DNA of 64,000 nt from an uncultured Acidobacteriota bacterium (GTDB lineage Bacteria; Acidobacteriota; Thermoanaerobaculia; UBA5066; Gp7-AA6), in assembly GCA_963764715.1 (NCBI GenBank), contig CAVXTP010000014.1:128001-192000 (forward strand). Reading direction: 5' to 3'. The position numbers were made by a program, and so were the translations under genes. The notes under the pieces were generated by a model. It was not told the origin of the DNA. It saw only the letters and a program-made list of their open reading frames with translations, and did not search any database. Of this stretch, positions 8,327-17,039 are shown piece by piece. How positions within the stretch are numbered: the stretch's first letter is position 1; each line of letters starts with the position of its first letter.

Positions 8327-10276
8327 CTACGGGCGCGGCCCGAGCTCCCGCGTCGCGCCGCGACCCTCGACGGGAACGACTTGGCCGCGAGGCGCGGGGG
8401 CCTGGGCGACGGCGCGGCGGTAGACCGCCCCGCCCCGCGTTCCCGCGAGGACCGTCCCCCCGTCGAGCACGGCGAGCGCCAGCACCTGAGGATCGGAGAG
8501 CCCGGTTCCGGCGAGGGTCCAGGTCGCGCCCCCGTCCGCGCTCTGGTAGACGCCGACGGGCGTCCCGGCGTAGATCGAGCCCCCGGCCTCGTCCCGGACG
8601 AGGGCATAGACGCCCGCCGAGGGGAAGCCGCCCTGGACGCGCGTCCAGCTCGTGCCGTCGTTGTCGCTGACGTAGAGGCCCGGGTCCGCGCCGGCGAAAA
8701 CGCGGTGGGCGGACGCGGAGGAGAGCACGGCCCGTACGGGGCCCGAGACGCCGGTGCTCTTCTTCGTCCAGCTCGCTCCACCGTCCGTCGAGAAGTAAAC
8801 GCCGTCCTGCGCGCCGGCGACGACCGCCGAGGCGGACGTCCCGGGCGCGAGCGACAGCGTCTGGACGTCCGTCGTGCCCGCCGCCGCGGTCCAGCTCGTC
8901 CCGCCGTCGGTGCTCCGGTAGACGCCGGAGAGCGTGGCGGCGAGGATGTCCGTGGCGCTTCGCGGCAGGATCGCCCGGACGATGGTACCGGGAAGGCCGG
9001 CGTCCACGCGCTCGAAGTTCGCTCCGTCGTCGGAGCTCCGGAAGATCGCGTCGGCGGTGCCCTCGAAGATGACGCCGGGCGAAAACGGATTGAACGTGAG
9101 CACGGTCCCGAAGCCGACGAGCGGAAACGTCTGCCAGGTGCGTCCGCCGTCGGTCGACTCGGCCCCGCGGGCCGTGCCGAGCGCCAGCACGCGGCCGGAG
9201 GTCGCGGGATCCGGCGCGAGGCTCGCGACCGTCATGACGTTGACGCCCTCGCCCGCCGAAAACGCCCCGAACTGGTCGCTCACGAACAGCCCCCCGGGAT
9301 CGAGCGGCGGGTTACCGGTGCCGACGAGGAGCCGGGCCGACGCCCCCGGCGAAGCCGGCCAGGCCGCGATCGCGTTGGCGAAGAGCTGCGGCAGGTCGAG
9401 GTGCTGCCAGGCCGACGAACCGAACGCCGCCCCCCACGCGCCGTTGATGTTGGCGAGATACGCGACCCCGTTGGAATCGACGATCAGGTCCTTGACCGCG
9501 ATCGCGCCGGCGCCCGTGGTGAACGGCCCCCACAGTCCGCCGTCGTCGATCGACCGGAACACGCCCACGTTCGTGCCGGCGTAGAGGGTCGAAGACGTGG
9601 TCGGGTCGACCGCGATCGCCGAGACGTGGAGATTGCCGATGTTGTTGTTGAGCTCGGTCCAGGTCGCGCCCGAGTTCTCGCTCCGGTAGACCCCGTTGTC
9701 GACCGTGCCCAGGTACACGCGCGCGGCGTTGGTCGGGTCGACCGTCAGGGCGTCCGGCCGGAAGGTCGACGCCGGCGTCGTGAGGGTCTCCCAGGTCGCG
9801 CCGGCGTCGGCGCTGCGGCCGACCCAGCCCGAGAGGCTCGCGGCGTAGGCCGCCGCGCCCGCCGGGTCGAAGACGAGCGCGTCGATCGTGTCCGCCGGGA
9901 CCGGCGCGCCGAGCAGCGCCCAGGACGCGCCGCCGTCGGCGCTGCGAAACGCGCCGACGTCCGTGCCCGCGAGCACGATCTGCGCGTTCGCCGGGGAAAC
10001 CGCGAGGCTCCGGACGTCGAAGTTGGTCAGGCCCGAGCTCGCGATCGACCAGCTCGCCCCGCCGTCCTCGGTCCTGAAGACGCCGCTCGAGTCGCCGGCG
10101 AGATATGCGACGTCCGGATCCGACGCCGCGGCCGCCACGACCAGGACCGCGCCTCCCGCCGGGCCGACGCTCGTCCACGCGGCGTCCGCGCCCGCCGCCG
10201 CTGCGGCGACGCCGGCGAGAAGCAGCACGGTGGCGCCGCGCCGCGGAGTTTCAGAACGCACTCGTGTCCGCCACAC
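8327..10276 (-). CDS. Secreted BNR/Asp-box (VPS10/YCF48-like) beta-propeller protein
   Basis: Signal peptide and about ten S-x-D-G-G-x-S/T-W repeats. Exact start is uncertain. Confidence 0.8.
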   Translation of the reverse strand: MWRTRVRSETPRRGATVLLLAGVAAAAAGADAAWTSVGPAGGAVLVVAAAASDPDVAYLAGDSSGVFRTEDGGASWSIASSGLTNFDVRSLAVSPANAQIVLAGTDVGAFRSADGGASWALLGAPVPADTIDALVFDPAGAAAYAASLSGWVGRSADAGATWETLTTPASTFRPDALTVDPTNAARVYLGTVDNGVYRSENSGATWTELNNNIGNLHVSAIAVDPTTSSTLYAGTNVGVFRSIDDGGLWGPFTTGAGAIAVKDLIVDSNGVAYLANINGAWGAAFGSSAWQHLDLPQLFANAIAAWPASPGASARLLVGTGNPPLDPGGLFVSDQFGAFSAGEGVNVMTVASLAPDPATSGRVLALGTARGAESTDGGRTWQTFPLVGFGTVLTFNPFSPGVIFEGTADAIFRSSDDGANFERVDAGLPGTIVRAILPRSATDILAATLSGVYRSTDGGTSWTAAAGTTDVQTLSLAPGTSASAVVAGAQDGVYFSTDGGASWTKKSTGVSGPVRAVLSSASAHRVFAGADPGLYVSDNDGTSWTRVQGGFPSAGVYALVRDEAGGSIYAGTPVGVYQSADGGATWTLAGTGLSDPQVLALAVLDGGTVLAGTRGGAVYRRAVAQAPAPRGQVVPVEGRGATRELGPRP

Positions 10277-12020
10277 TCGCGAGATTACCGCGTTCGTTGT
10301 GGTAGGTGCGGCGTTCGCCCGTCAGCGTGTCGGTCACGGTGATCTGGTACTCGACGTTGGAAAGCGCCCCATAAAAGACCCAGAAGTGCCCGTTGAACCC
10401 GCGCCCGTCGAGGACCTTCACGACGAGCTCGATGTTGGCGGGATCGAAGAACCAGAAGTATCCGGTATCCGCCGTGAGGGCTTCGGTGGGCGCCGGAGCC
10501 GAGGGCCCGAGGGGTGTTCGGGTGAAGACGGCCTCGACGCTGAACCGCCCCTGCTGAAGGCACACGGTGTACGGCCCGCGCTCGCAGGCCGCGGCGAGGG
10601 CGGACTGGAGCGGCGACCGCGGCGGCGGCGGCGGGCCGAGGGGCGCCCGGCCGGCGTCCCGAAACGCGGACGTGTCCGCCACGCTCGCCTGCCACCCCTG
10701 CGGGTTGACGTAGCTCTGGATCGCGCCGGTCGCGGTGTCGAGGACGGTGATGACGTACTCGACGTTGGAGAGGGCGCCGTAAAAGACCCAGAAGTATCCG
10801 TCGAACGACCGGCCGTCGAGGACCTTGACCGCGACCTCGATGTTGTCGGGCTCGAAGAACCAGAAGGCGCCGGTATCCGGGGTCAGGGGGACGGCCTGCG
10901 CGATGCCCGCGTCGTGGCGCGTCCGCCACGAGGCCCGGACGAGAAAACGCGCCTCCTGCAGGCAGAGTGAATCGGCGCCCGCCGCGCAGGTCTCGACCGG
11001 TCCGATCGTGATCCGCAGCAGGGTCCCGTTGCCGCCGGCATATACGCGTTCGGGCCGCGACGGGTCGAGCACGACGGTGAAGAGCGCGCTGCCGCGCAAG
11101 CCGGTCGGCGTCCATGCCGCGCCGCCGTCGCGGCTGCGAAACAGGCCGTCGAGGTGAGTTCCGGCGTAGACCGCCGACTCGGGACCCGCCGCAAGCGTCG
11201 TGACGGGCGAAGCCGGCAATCCGAGACCCGCGCTCGCCCACGCGTGTCCTCCGTCGGACGTCCGGAACAGGCCGGCATCCGTCGAGACGTAGAGCGTTTC
11301 GGGCGCGTCGGGGGCCAGCGCGAGCGCGGTCGAGAGCGCCGACGTCAATCCCGCGGAACGCGGGGCCCAGGACACGCCGGCGTCGTCCGAGAAGTAGACT
11401 ACCGCTCCGGCCGGGTCCCCCGCCACCGCGGCCCAGATCCGCCCGGGATTCGCGCCGTGCGCGGCGAACGCCTGCACGGCTTTCCCGGCGAACGGCGCGA
11501 TCTCCGTCCAGGTCAGTCCGGAATCGAGGCTCGCGAGGGTCGCGAGCCTGCCGGACCGCGAGACGCAGGTCAGCACGGGGCCGCCGGCCGGGCTCGCGTA
11601 CAGCGACGCGACGCCCTGCGACGACACGACCGTGAACCAGCTCTCTCCCGCGTTGGCGCTGCGGAAGATGGACCCACCGGCCGAGGCCGCGAAGACGACG
11701 TCGGGATCCACCGGATCGATCGAGATCAGCGTGAACGCCCAGTAGGTCGGGTTGGCGGGGATGGTCGACGGCACGCGATCCTGAAGGAGCTGCCGCCAGG
11801 TCGTGCCGGCGTCTTCGGTCTTGTAGAGCCCGCGGCTGACCCCGGCGTACAGCGTCGCGGGATTCTGGGGATCGATGGCGATCGCGCCCACGGGCCCGAC
11901 GTAGTTGCCCGGAACCGCGGCGTCGGGACCGATGCTGTCCCAGCGGTTGAGGTCTTCACCCGCCGAGCGGGCGGCGAGTCCGAGGGTCGCGAGGAGTATC
12001 GCGAGCGTCCGTCGCTGCAT
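10251..12020 (-). CDS. Secreted BNR-repeat protein with two C-terminal FWFF/EVxVKVLDG domains
   Basis: Start MQRRTLAILL at 12020. Asp-box repeats, then two copies of LCLQxxRF...FWFFxPxNIExxVKVLDGRxFxGxFWVFYGALSNVEY...TG...ASVADTSAF. Confidence 0.82.
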   Translation of the reverse strand: MQRRTLAILLATLGLAARSAGEDLNRWDSIGPDAAVPGNYVGPVGAIAIDPQNPATLYAGVSRGLYKTEDAGTTWRQLLQDRVPSTIPANPTYWAFTLISIDPVDPDVVFAASAGGSIFRSANAGESWFTVVSSQGVASLYASPAGGPVLTCVSRSGRLATLASLDSGLTWTEIAPFAGKAVQAFAAHGANPGRIWAAVAGDPAGAVVYFSDDAGVSWAPRSAGLTSALSTALALAPDAPETLYVSTDAGLFRTSDGGHAWASAGLGLPASPVTTLAAGPESAVYAGTHLDGLFRSRDGGAAWTPTGLRGSALFTVVLDPSRPERVYAGGNGTLLRITIGPVETCAAGADSLCLQEARFLVRASWRTRHDAGIAQAVPLTPDTGAFWFFEPDNIEVAVKVLDGRSFDGYFWVFYGALSNVEYVITVLDTATGAIQSYVNPQGWQASVADTSAFRDAGRAPLGPPPPPRSPLQSALAAACERGPYTVCLQQGRFSVEAVFTRTPLGPSAPAPTEALTADTGYFWFFDPANIELVVKVLDGRGFNGHFWVFYGALSNVEYQITVTDTLTGERRTYHNERGNLASVADTSAF

Positions 12021-12048
12021 GAAGGACCCCCTTTTGTCGGGCGCTTCC

Positions 12049-12063
12049 GCACGAACGATGCCA
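12049..12063 (-). promoter_or_regulatory. Putative sigma54 -24/-12 promoter for the 12020 gene
   Basis: Minus strand TGGCATCGTTCGTGC, with GG-N10-GC spacing. Confidence 0.55.
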
Positions 12064-12125
12064 TGAGTCGAGACCGGCAGGTCCCGACCGGTGAGCGACT
12101 TGGTGTTCGGCGGGCATGCGATCCT

Positions 12126-12141
12126 GTCCCAGATTTGGGAC
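12126..12141. promoter_or_regulatory. Palindromic putative enhancer (bEBP binding site)
   Basis: GTCCCA-gatt-TGGGAC lies midway between two divergent sigma54-like elements. Confidence 0.5.
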
Positions 12142-12203
12142 GGCTTGTCCCCCGAACGCTCCAGAATTCTCGCGAAGAGAGCGGCAAATGGCCGGAGAAT
12201 GAT

Positions 12204-12219
12204 CGGCATCTCGATTGCT
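12204..12219 (+). promoter_or_regulatory. Putative sigma54 -24/-12 promoter for the VWFA-related gene
   Basis: CGGCATCTCGATTGCT, with GG-N10-GC spacing and TTGC at -12. Confidence 0.6.
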
Positions 12220-12261
12220 CTCTACGGCGACAGTCAGACCCGTAAACCGCGGGAGGTCGTC

Positions 12262-13920
12262 GTGAAACGGTGGCTCTACGGAGTCTTGGTCCTTTGCCTG
12301 AGCGTCCCGGCGGCCCCGCAGGAGAAGCAGCCACCCCAGGAGCAGCAGCCACCCTACGTCGAGCGGGTCGAGGTGCGGGTCCGTTCGGTGCTCGTCTTCA
12401 TCACCGACGCGAAAGGCAAGCCGCTCGTCGCCGCCCCCTCTCCGGCCGACCTTCGCGTAACCGAGGACGGGAAGCCCGTCGAGGTTCTCGCGGTCGAGCC
12501 GGCACGGCCGGCAGCCACGGCGCCGTCGACCACGGCGACGACGGGGGACGGAGCAACGGCGACGCCCGTCGTGCGTGAGGCAGCGGCCGTTCCGCAGTAC
12601 CTCTACCTCGACACGACGTCCCTGCAGGTCCGCTCCGTCCCGCGGATCGTCGAGACCCTCGACCGCCACCTCGAATCCCTTCTCGCGAGCGGACCCCTCG
12701 AGGTCGTCGTCGCGGACCCCGATCCGAAAGTCGCGCTCCCCTCGACCCGTGACGTCGCGGCCATCCGGGCAACTCTGAAGACTCTCCCCACGACCGCGGT
12801 GGGAAAGCAGCGCATCTACGAATCCCGCCGCGACTCACTGACCCAGATGCTCTACGACCAGACCAATCGGGGCACGACCAGCGGCCCGAGCCGGCCCGAG
12901 CTGCGAACCGCGATTCGGCAGGAAATGGCGCTGATCACGACGTCGCTCGATCGCCTCGACACCTGGGCCGCGACGCTTCCCTACGACCGGGCTTCGGTCG
13001 TCTACCTCTGCAACGACGGCTTCGACGGCGACCTGACCGAGGTCTATCGAAAGGTCCTGAACGAGAGCCTGAGCTTCGAGGACCACCAGGCCGCCATGCA
13101 GCTCCAGATGGAGTTCGGGCGGGACGCCGCCAACATCACGGCGCGGGCCGGCGACATCCTCGCGGGTCGTGGCGCGACCGCGATCGTGCTCGCGTTCGGC
13201 AACACCGACTCCGACTTCGCCACGAGCGCCGCCAACCAGGGCAAGCTCGGCACCACGGCGATCCGCCGGCCGACCAACTCGATGCCGATCAACTATTTTG
13301 CCCGGCCGAACGAGCCGCTCCTCGCGATCGCCGACCGTACGGGAGGCGAGGTCGTCTCCGTCGACAGTAAGCTGCCCCGGGCGCTCGACGACGTGGGAGG
13401 CGCTTACCTGGTGTCCTTCCGCAGCCACGCGCCGGCGGATGGGCATGCGCACCCGCTCGAGATCACGAGCGCGTCGAGCGCGATCCGGGTCCGCGCGCCG
13501 CGCGCCGTTCTCGCCGCGACGCCCCAGGCGGCATCCGCCGGGCAGGCGGTTCGCGCGCTCTCGACGCCGTCGGGCGCCGGTTCGCTGCCCGTCACGGCGG
13601 CGATCGCGGACGCCGAGAAGGCGGAGAAGGACCGGATGCGGGGACGGCTGGAAGTCTCGGCCGACCTGGGATCGATCGCCGAGGCGCTCGAGACGCTCGG
13701 GCCCGGGCGGATCCGTGTCACCGTCGCCGTCGAGAACACGAAGGGCGCCCCCTTCACCCGGAGCGAGGAAGCGGAACTCGACCACTCGGGCCAGGGAACG
13801 ATGTGGTCCTACGAAGCCAACATCACCTGGCCGCCCGACGCGACACGGGTGGCCGTGACGATCGAGGAGCTGAAGACGGGCGCGCGCGGCAGCGCGGTGG
13901 CCGAGCTGCCGAAGGACTAG
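12262..13920 (+). CDS. Secreted VWFA-related (acidobacterial VWA-type) protein
   Basis: GGAGG SD and GTG start; signal peptide. E.VEVRV..V.V..TD.KG.P...DL.V.EDG.P N-terminus, YLYLD, and LxxIADRTGG...L..D....Y.V.F C-terminal signature. Confidence 0.7.
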   Translation: MKRWLYGVLVLCLSVPAAPQEKQPPQEQQPPYVERVEVRVRSVLVFITDAKGKPLVAAPSPADLRVTEDGKPVEVLAVEPARPAATAPSTTATTGDGATATPVVREAAAVPQYLYLDTTSLQVRSVPRIVETLDRHLESLLASGPLEVVVADPDPKVALPSTRDVAAIRATLKTLPTTAVGKQRIYESRRDSLTQMLYDQTNRGTTSGPSRPELRTAIRQEMALITTSLDRLDTWAATLPYDRASVVYLCNDGFDGDLTEVYRKVLNESLSFEDHQAAMQLQMEFGRDAANITARAGDILAGRGATAIVLAFGNTDSDFATSAANQGKLGTTAIRRPTNSMPINYFARPNEPLLAIADRTGGEVVSVDSKLPRALDDVGGAYLVSFRSHAPADGHAHPLEITSASSAIRVRAPRAVLAATPQAASAGQAVRALSTPSGAGSLPVTAAIADAEKAEKDRMRGRLEVSADLGSIAEALETLGPGRIRVTVAVENTKGAPFTRSEEAELDHSGQGTMWSYEANITWPPDATRVAVTIEELKTGARGSAVAELPKD

Positions 13921-13931
13921 CCGCACACCCG

Positions 13932-16900
13932 ATGGAGATCCTGTCGTATCCCATCGGCCTTCTCGTCGGGCTCTTCCCGATTGCCGTCGCGCTGGGTCCG
14001 TCGCAGGCCCCCGCGCATCTCCTGCTCGACCATCGTCCCGTCTGCGAGGTCACGGCGCGCTCCCCGGGTTGCATGGTGGATCTCGGGCGCGATCCGCGCG
14101 TCCACCTGCTCGAGCTCGTCCGCACCGACGCCGCCGGCCACGTCGCGGAGCGCGTGCGCCGCTGGATCAACCGGCCGGGGATCGAGCCCGAGATCCTCGC
14201 CGCGGTTTTCTGCAATGAGGCGAAGCGCCGCTGCGACTTCGACCTCACCTGGGCCCATCCGGACCGACTCGAACCTTCCCGCGTCGACCTGTCCCTCGAC
14301 GGGCGCTCCGTCTGGCATGGCAAGGACCGCAAGGGCACCGTTGCGCTCGCGGCCGGCGCGAAGCCGCAGGTCGCCGTCGCCGACGCTCTGTTTCCCGACG
14401 GCAGCCGCGCGACGTACACCCGGACGCTCTACGCCTTCAATCCCGAGGAAGCCCAGGTCGCGCTGCAGGCCGTGCCGATCGTCCCGGCCGAGGGGTCCGG
14501 TTCGGACGAGGAGATCGCCGCGCGACTGCGTGGCGCCGGCCAGCCGGTGCGGATCGTGGAAGAGACCGAAGGCGCGCTCACTCTGGTCCTCGAGCCGGAG
14601 GTGTTCGACAAGGTCCCGGGAATCCGATCCGCGCCGTCCGAGCTCGGCCGCCACGTCGTCGAGATACGGTCGCCGACGGGAGCGCTTTCCCGGGCGATGC
14701 CGGTCCATATCATCGTGCCGGACGAGAACCTGTCGTCGTTCGTCACGACGACGAGCGGAATCGGTCGCAAGCTGCTCGTCGGGGTTCCGCGCTGGTCGCG
14801 CGTGGCCGATGCCGTGGCGGCCGCCGGCTACGCTCTCGGCGGGTCGCCTCAGCGCCGCGCCCTGGTGCTCGTGCTCGGGGGCTTCGACCGGCCCAACGTC
14901 AGCAACTACTCCGCCGCGCAGGCCCAGGCCTATCTGTCCCAGGTGATGGTCCCGCTCGAGGTCTGGCGCATCGGCTCGGAGGACATCGCTCCCGAATGGC
15001 CCGCCGGACGGGTCATCCGCACGCTGTACGACCTCTACGCCGCTTTCCACGGCGTCACCGGATTCATCAAGCGCCAGCGCATCGCGTGGCTCGAGGGAAC
15101 AGGTGAGACCCGTCCAGCCGGAAATGCGCTCGCGCCCGGAATTGCGCTCGCGGGGCGCGTGGCATCGGACGTCGCAGGCCCCGCGCGCCCGGCGGTCGAC
15201 GCGGCGGCGCCTTCTCTTCCCTCGACGGGACCGGACGGCGGCGCGGTTCATGCCGTCGCCTCCGCAGGCGACGGCTCGATCGCCTACGCGGCGACCTACG
15301 CCGGCGTGTTCCGTTCGCGCGACGGTGGCGGGACCTGGACCGACGTGTCCGTGGGCCTCCCCGGAACGCCCGTCCGGTGCCTGGCCGCGAACCCGGAGCG
15401 TCCGGACTCGGTCTTCGCGGGGACCGAATCCGGGCTGTTCCGGTCGGAGGACGCCGGAGGTCGATGGCTCGCCGGCCGCGGGGTCGACGGGGCGATCTCC
15501 GCTCTCGCCCTCGATTCGAGCAGCCGGGGCCCGCTTTATGTGGGCACTTCCGATCGCGGAATCTATCGAAGCGAGGACGGCGGCAAGACGCTTCTGGCAA
15601 CGACGCTCACCCATGGCGACGTTCGTGCCATCGCGGTCCATCCGCGCGACCGCACGGTTTGGGCGGCGGTGGACGGAGGCGTATTCCGCAGCGCCGATCG
15701 CGGCTGGACATGGACTTCCGCCGGGACCTTCGGCGACCTGGTCCTCGGCCTCGCATTCGACGCGCGCGGCGCGGCACTCTACGCGGCAACGGCCGGAGAC
15801 GGGCTCTCGGTCACCACGGATTCCGGCGCCACCTGGAAGAAGACGGCCCTCGCGAACGCGTATCTCACCTCGATCCTCACATCGGGTCCCGGAGGGGGCC
15901 TCCTCGCCGGATCGCCCGACGGGATCTTCGCCTCGTCCGGAGCCCGCTGGACACTCTCGAGAGTCGGCGCGGTGGAGTCGCTCGCGGCGATCCGGCCGGG
16001 CGCCTGGATCGCCGGCGCCGCCTCCGGGATCCTGCGGGCGGATACCGGGCACCGCTGGGTCGAATCGAACGCCGGGCTGACGGCCCGTTCCGTCCACGCG
16101 CTCGCGATCGCTCCGGGCAGCTCCGCCCCGCTTCTCGCCGCGACATCGACCGGCCTCTTCGCCCGCGGCGCCGAAGGTCGCTGGGACCCGCTGCCGGGCA
16201 CACCGGGGACTTCGGCCTGGTACTCGATCGCCGCCGGCGGCGGGACCGGGGGAGCGATTCTCGCCGGATCCGCCGGTGAGATCGGGCGCGGCTCCGCGGA
16301 CGCCTGGTCCTGGTTCCCGACACCGGCGGTCTTCGGCCTCGCCGCGAGTCCCGGAGATCCGGGTCTCGCGTGCGCGGCCACGCGCGGAGGAATTCTCCGC
16401 TCGGAGGACGGCGGCGTGTCCTGGAAGGACTCGTCGAGCGGCCTGGCGAAGACCTTCGCGCTCCAGCTCGCCTTCGACGCGGCGAGCCCCTCGACGCTGT
16501 ACGCCGGAACGGCCGGAGCAGGCGTTTTTCGTAGCGGCGACGGCGGAAAGTCCTGGAAGGCCGGCGGCCGCGAGCTCTCGCGGGCCATCGTACGCTCGCT
16601 CGCGGGGGGCGTCGGCGCGGCCGGAGTCTTATATGCCGGCACCGACGGAGGCGTCTTCGGAAGCGTGACGGGCGGGAAGTCGTGGACCGCGCTCGTCGAC
16701 GGTCTGCCGCGCGCGCCCGTCTATGCCCTGGCCGCCGACCCCGCCGCGCCGCTGACGCTGTACGCGGGCACCGCCGCCGGCCTCTACGTGACTTTCGACG
16801 CGGGAAAGGCCTGGAAACCCGTGGCGCAGGCGCCGATCGCACCGATCACGGCGCTGTCGCTCGACGGCGCGGGCCGGGTGCTCCACGTCGCAACGCTCGG

Positions 16901-16934
16901 CGCCGGGGTTTTCGACCTGCCGCTGGCGCCATAG
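13932..16934 (+). CDS. Large protein: Ig-like/VWA-like N-half fused to a BNR-repeat propeller
   Basis: Start MEILSYPIG. R.ADAVA.AG...RRALVLVL segment resembles a VWA C-terminus. The C-half carries many S-x-D-G-G-x-T/S-W repeats. Confidence 0.72.
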   Translation: MEILSYPIGLLVGLFPIAVALGPSQAPAHLLLDHRPVCEVTARSPGCMVDLGRDPRVHLLELVRTDAAGHVAERVRRWINRPGIEPEILAAVFCNEAKRRCDFDLTWAHPDRLEPSRVDLSLDGRSVWHGKDRKGTVALAAGAKPQVAVADALFPDGSRATYTRTLYAFNPEEAQVALQAVPIVPAEGSGSDEEIAARLRGAGQPVRIVEETEGALTLVLEPEVFDKVPGIRSAPSELGRHVVEIRSPTGALSRAMPVHIIVPDENLSSFVTTTSGIGRKLLVGVPRWSRVADAVAAAGYALGGSPQRRALVLVLGGFDRPNVSNYSAAQAQAYLSQVMVPLEVWRIGSEDIAPEWPAGRVIRTLYDLYAAFHGVTGFIKRQRIAWLEGTGETRPAGNALAPGIALAGRVASDVAGPARPAVDAAAPSLPSTGPDGGAVHAVASAGDGSIAYAATYAGVFRSRDGGGTWTDVSVGLPGTPVRCLAANPERPDSVFAGTESGLFRSEDAGGRWLAGRGVDGAISALALDSSSRGPLYVGTSDRGIYRSEDGGKTLLATTLTHGDVRAIAVHPRDRTVWAAVDGGVFRSADRGWTWTSAGTFGDLVLGLAFDARGAALYAATAGDGLSVTTDSGATWKKTALANAYLTSILTSGPGGGLLAGSPDGIFASSGARWTLSRVGAVESLAAIRPGAWIAGAASGILRADTGHRWVESNAGLTARSVHALAIAPGSSAPLLAATSTGLFARGAEGRWDPLPGTPGTSAWYSIAAGGGTGGAILAGSAGEIGRGSADAWSWFPTPAVFGLAASPGDPGLACAATRGGILRSEDGGVSWKDSSSGLAKTFALQLAFDAASPSTLYAGTAGAGVFRSGDGGKSWKAGGRELSRAIVRSLAGGVGAAGVLYAGTDGGVFGSVTGGKSWTALVDGLPRAPVYALAADPAAPLTLYAGTAAGLYVTFDAGKAWKPVAQAPIAPITALSLDGAGRVLHVATLGAGVFDLPLAP

Positions 16935-16944
16935 GAATCGATCG

Positions 16945-16971
16945 GAGGGCGGCCGCGAGGGCCGCCCCTAC
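16945..16971 (-). repeat. GTAG-type REP element
   Basis: GTAG followed by the imperfect palindrome GGGCGGCC-CTCGC-GGCCGCCC, in a convergent intergenic gap. Confidence 0.7.
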
Positions 16972-17039
16972 GACCGGGGTCGGATCGCGCGTTCGAGTGG
17001 GTTTTCGTCGCAGTGCGAGCCTGGTCCCCGCCCGGTCCC

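Noticed and set aside
10251-10990. DNA direct repeats as a CRISPR array or DGR template/variable pair
   Set aside because: They are in-frame protein domain duplications, with no spacers, cas genes, reverse transcriptase or adenine-specific variation.
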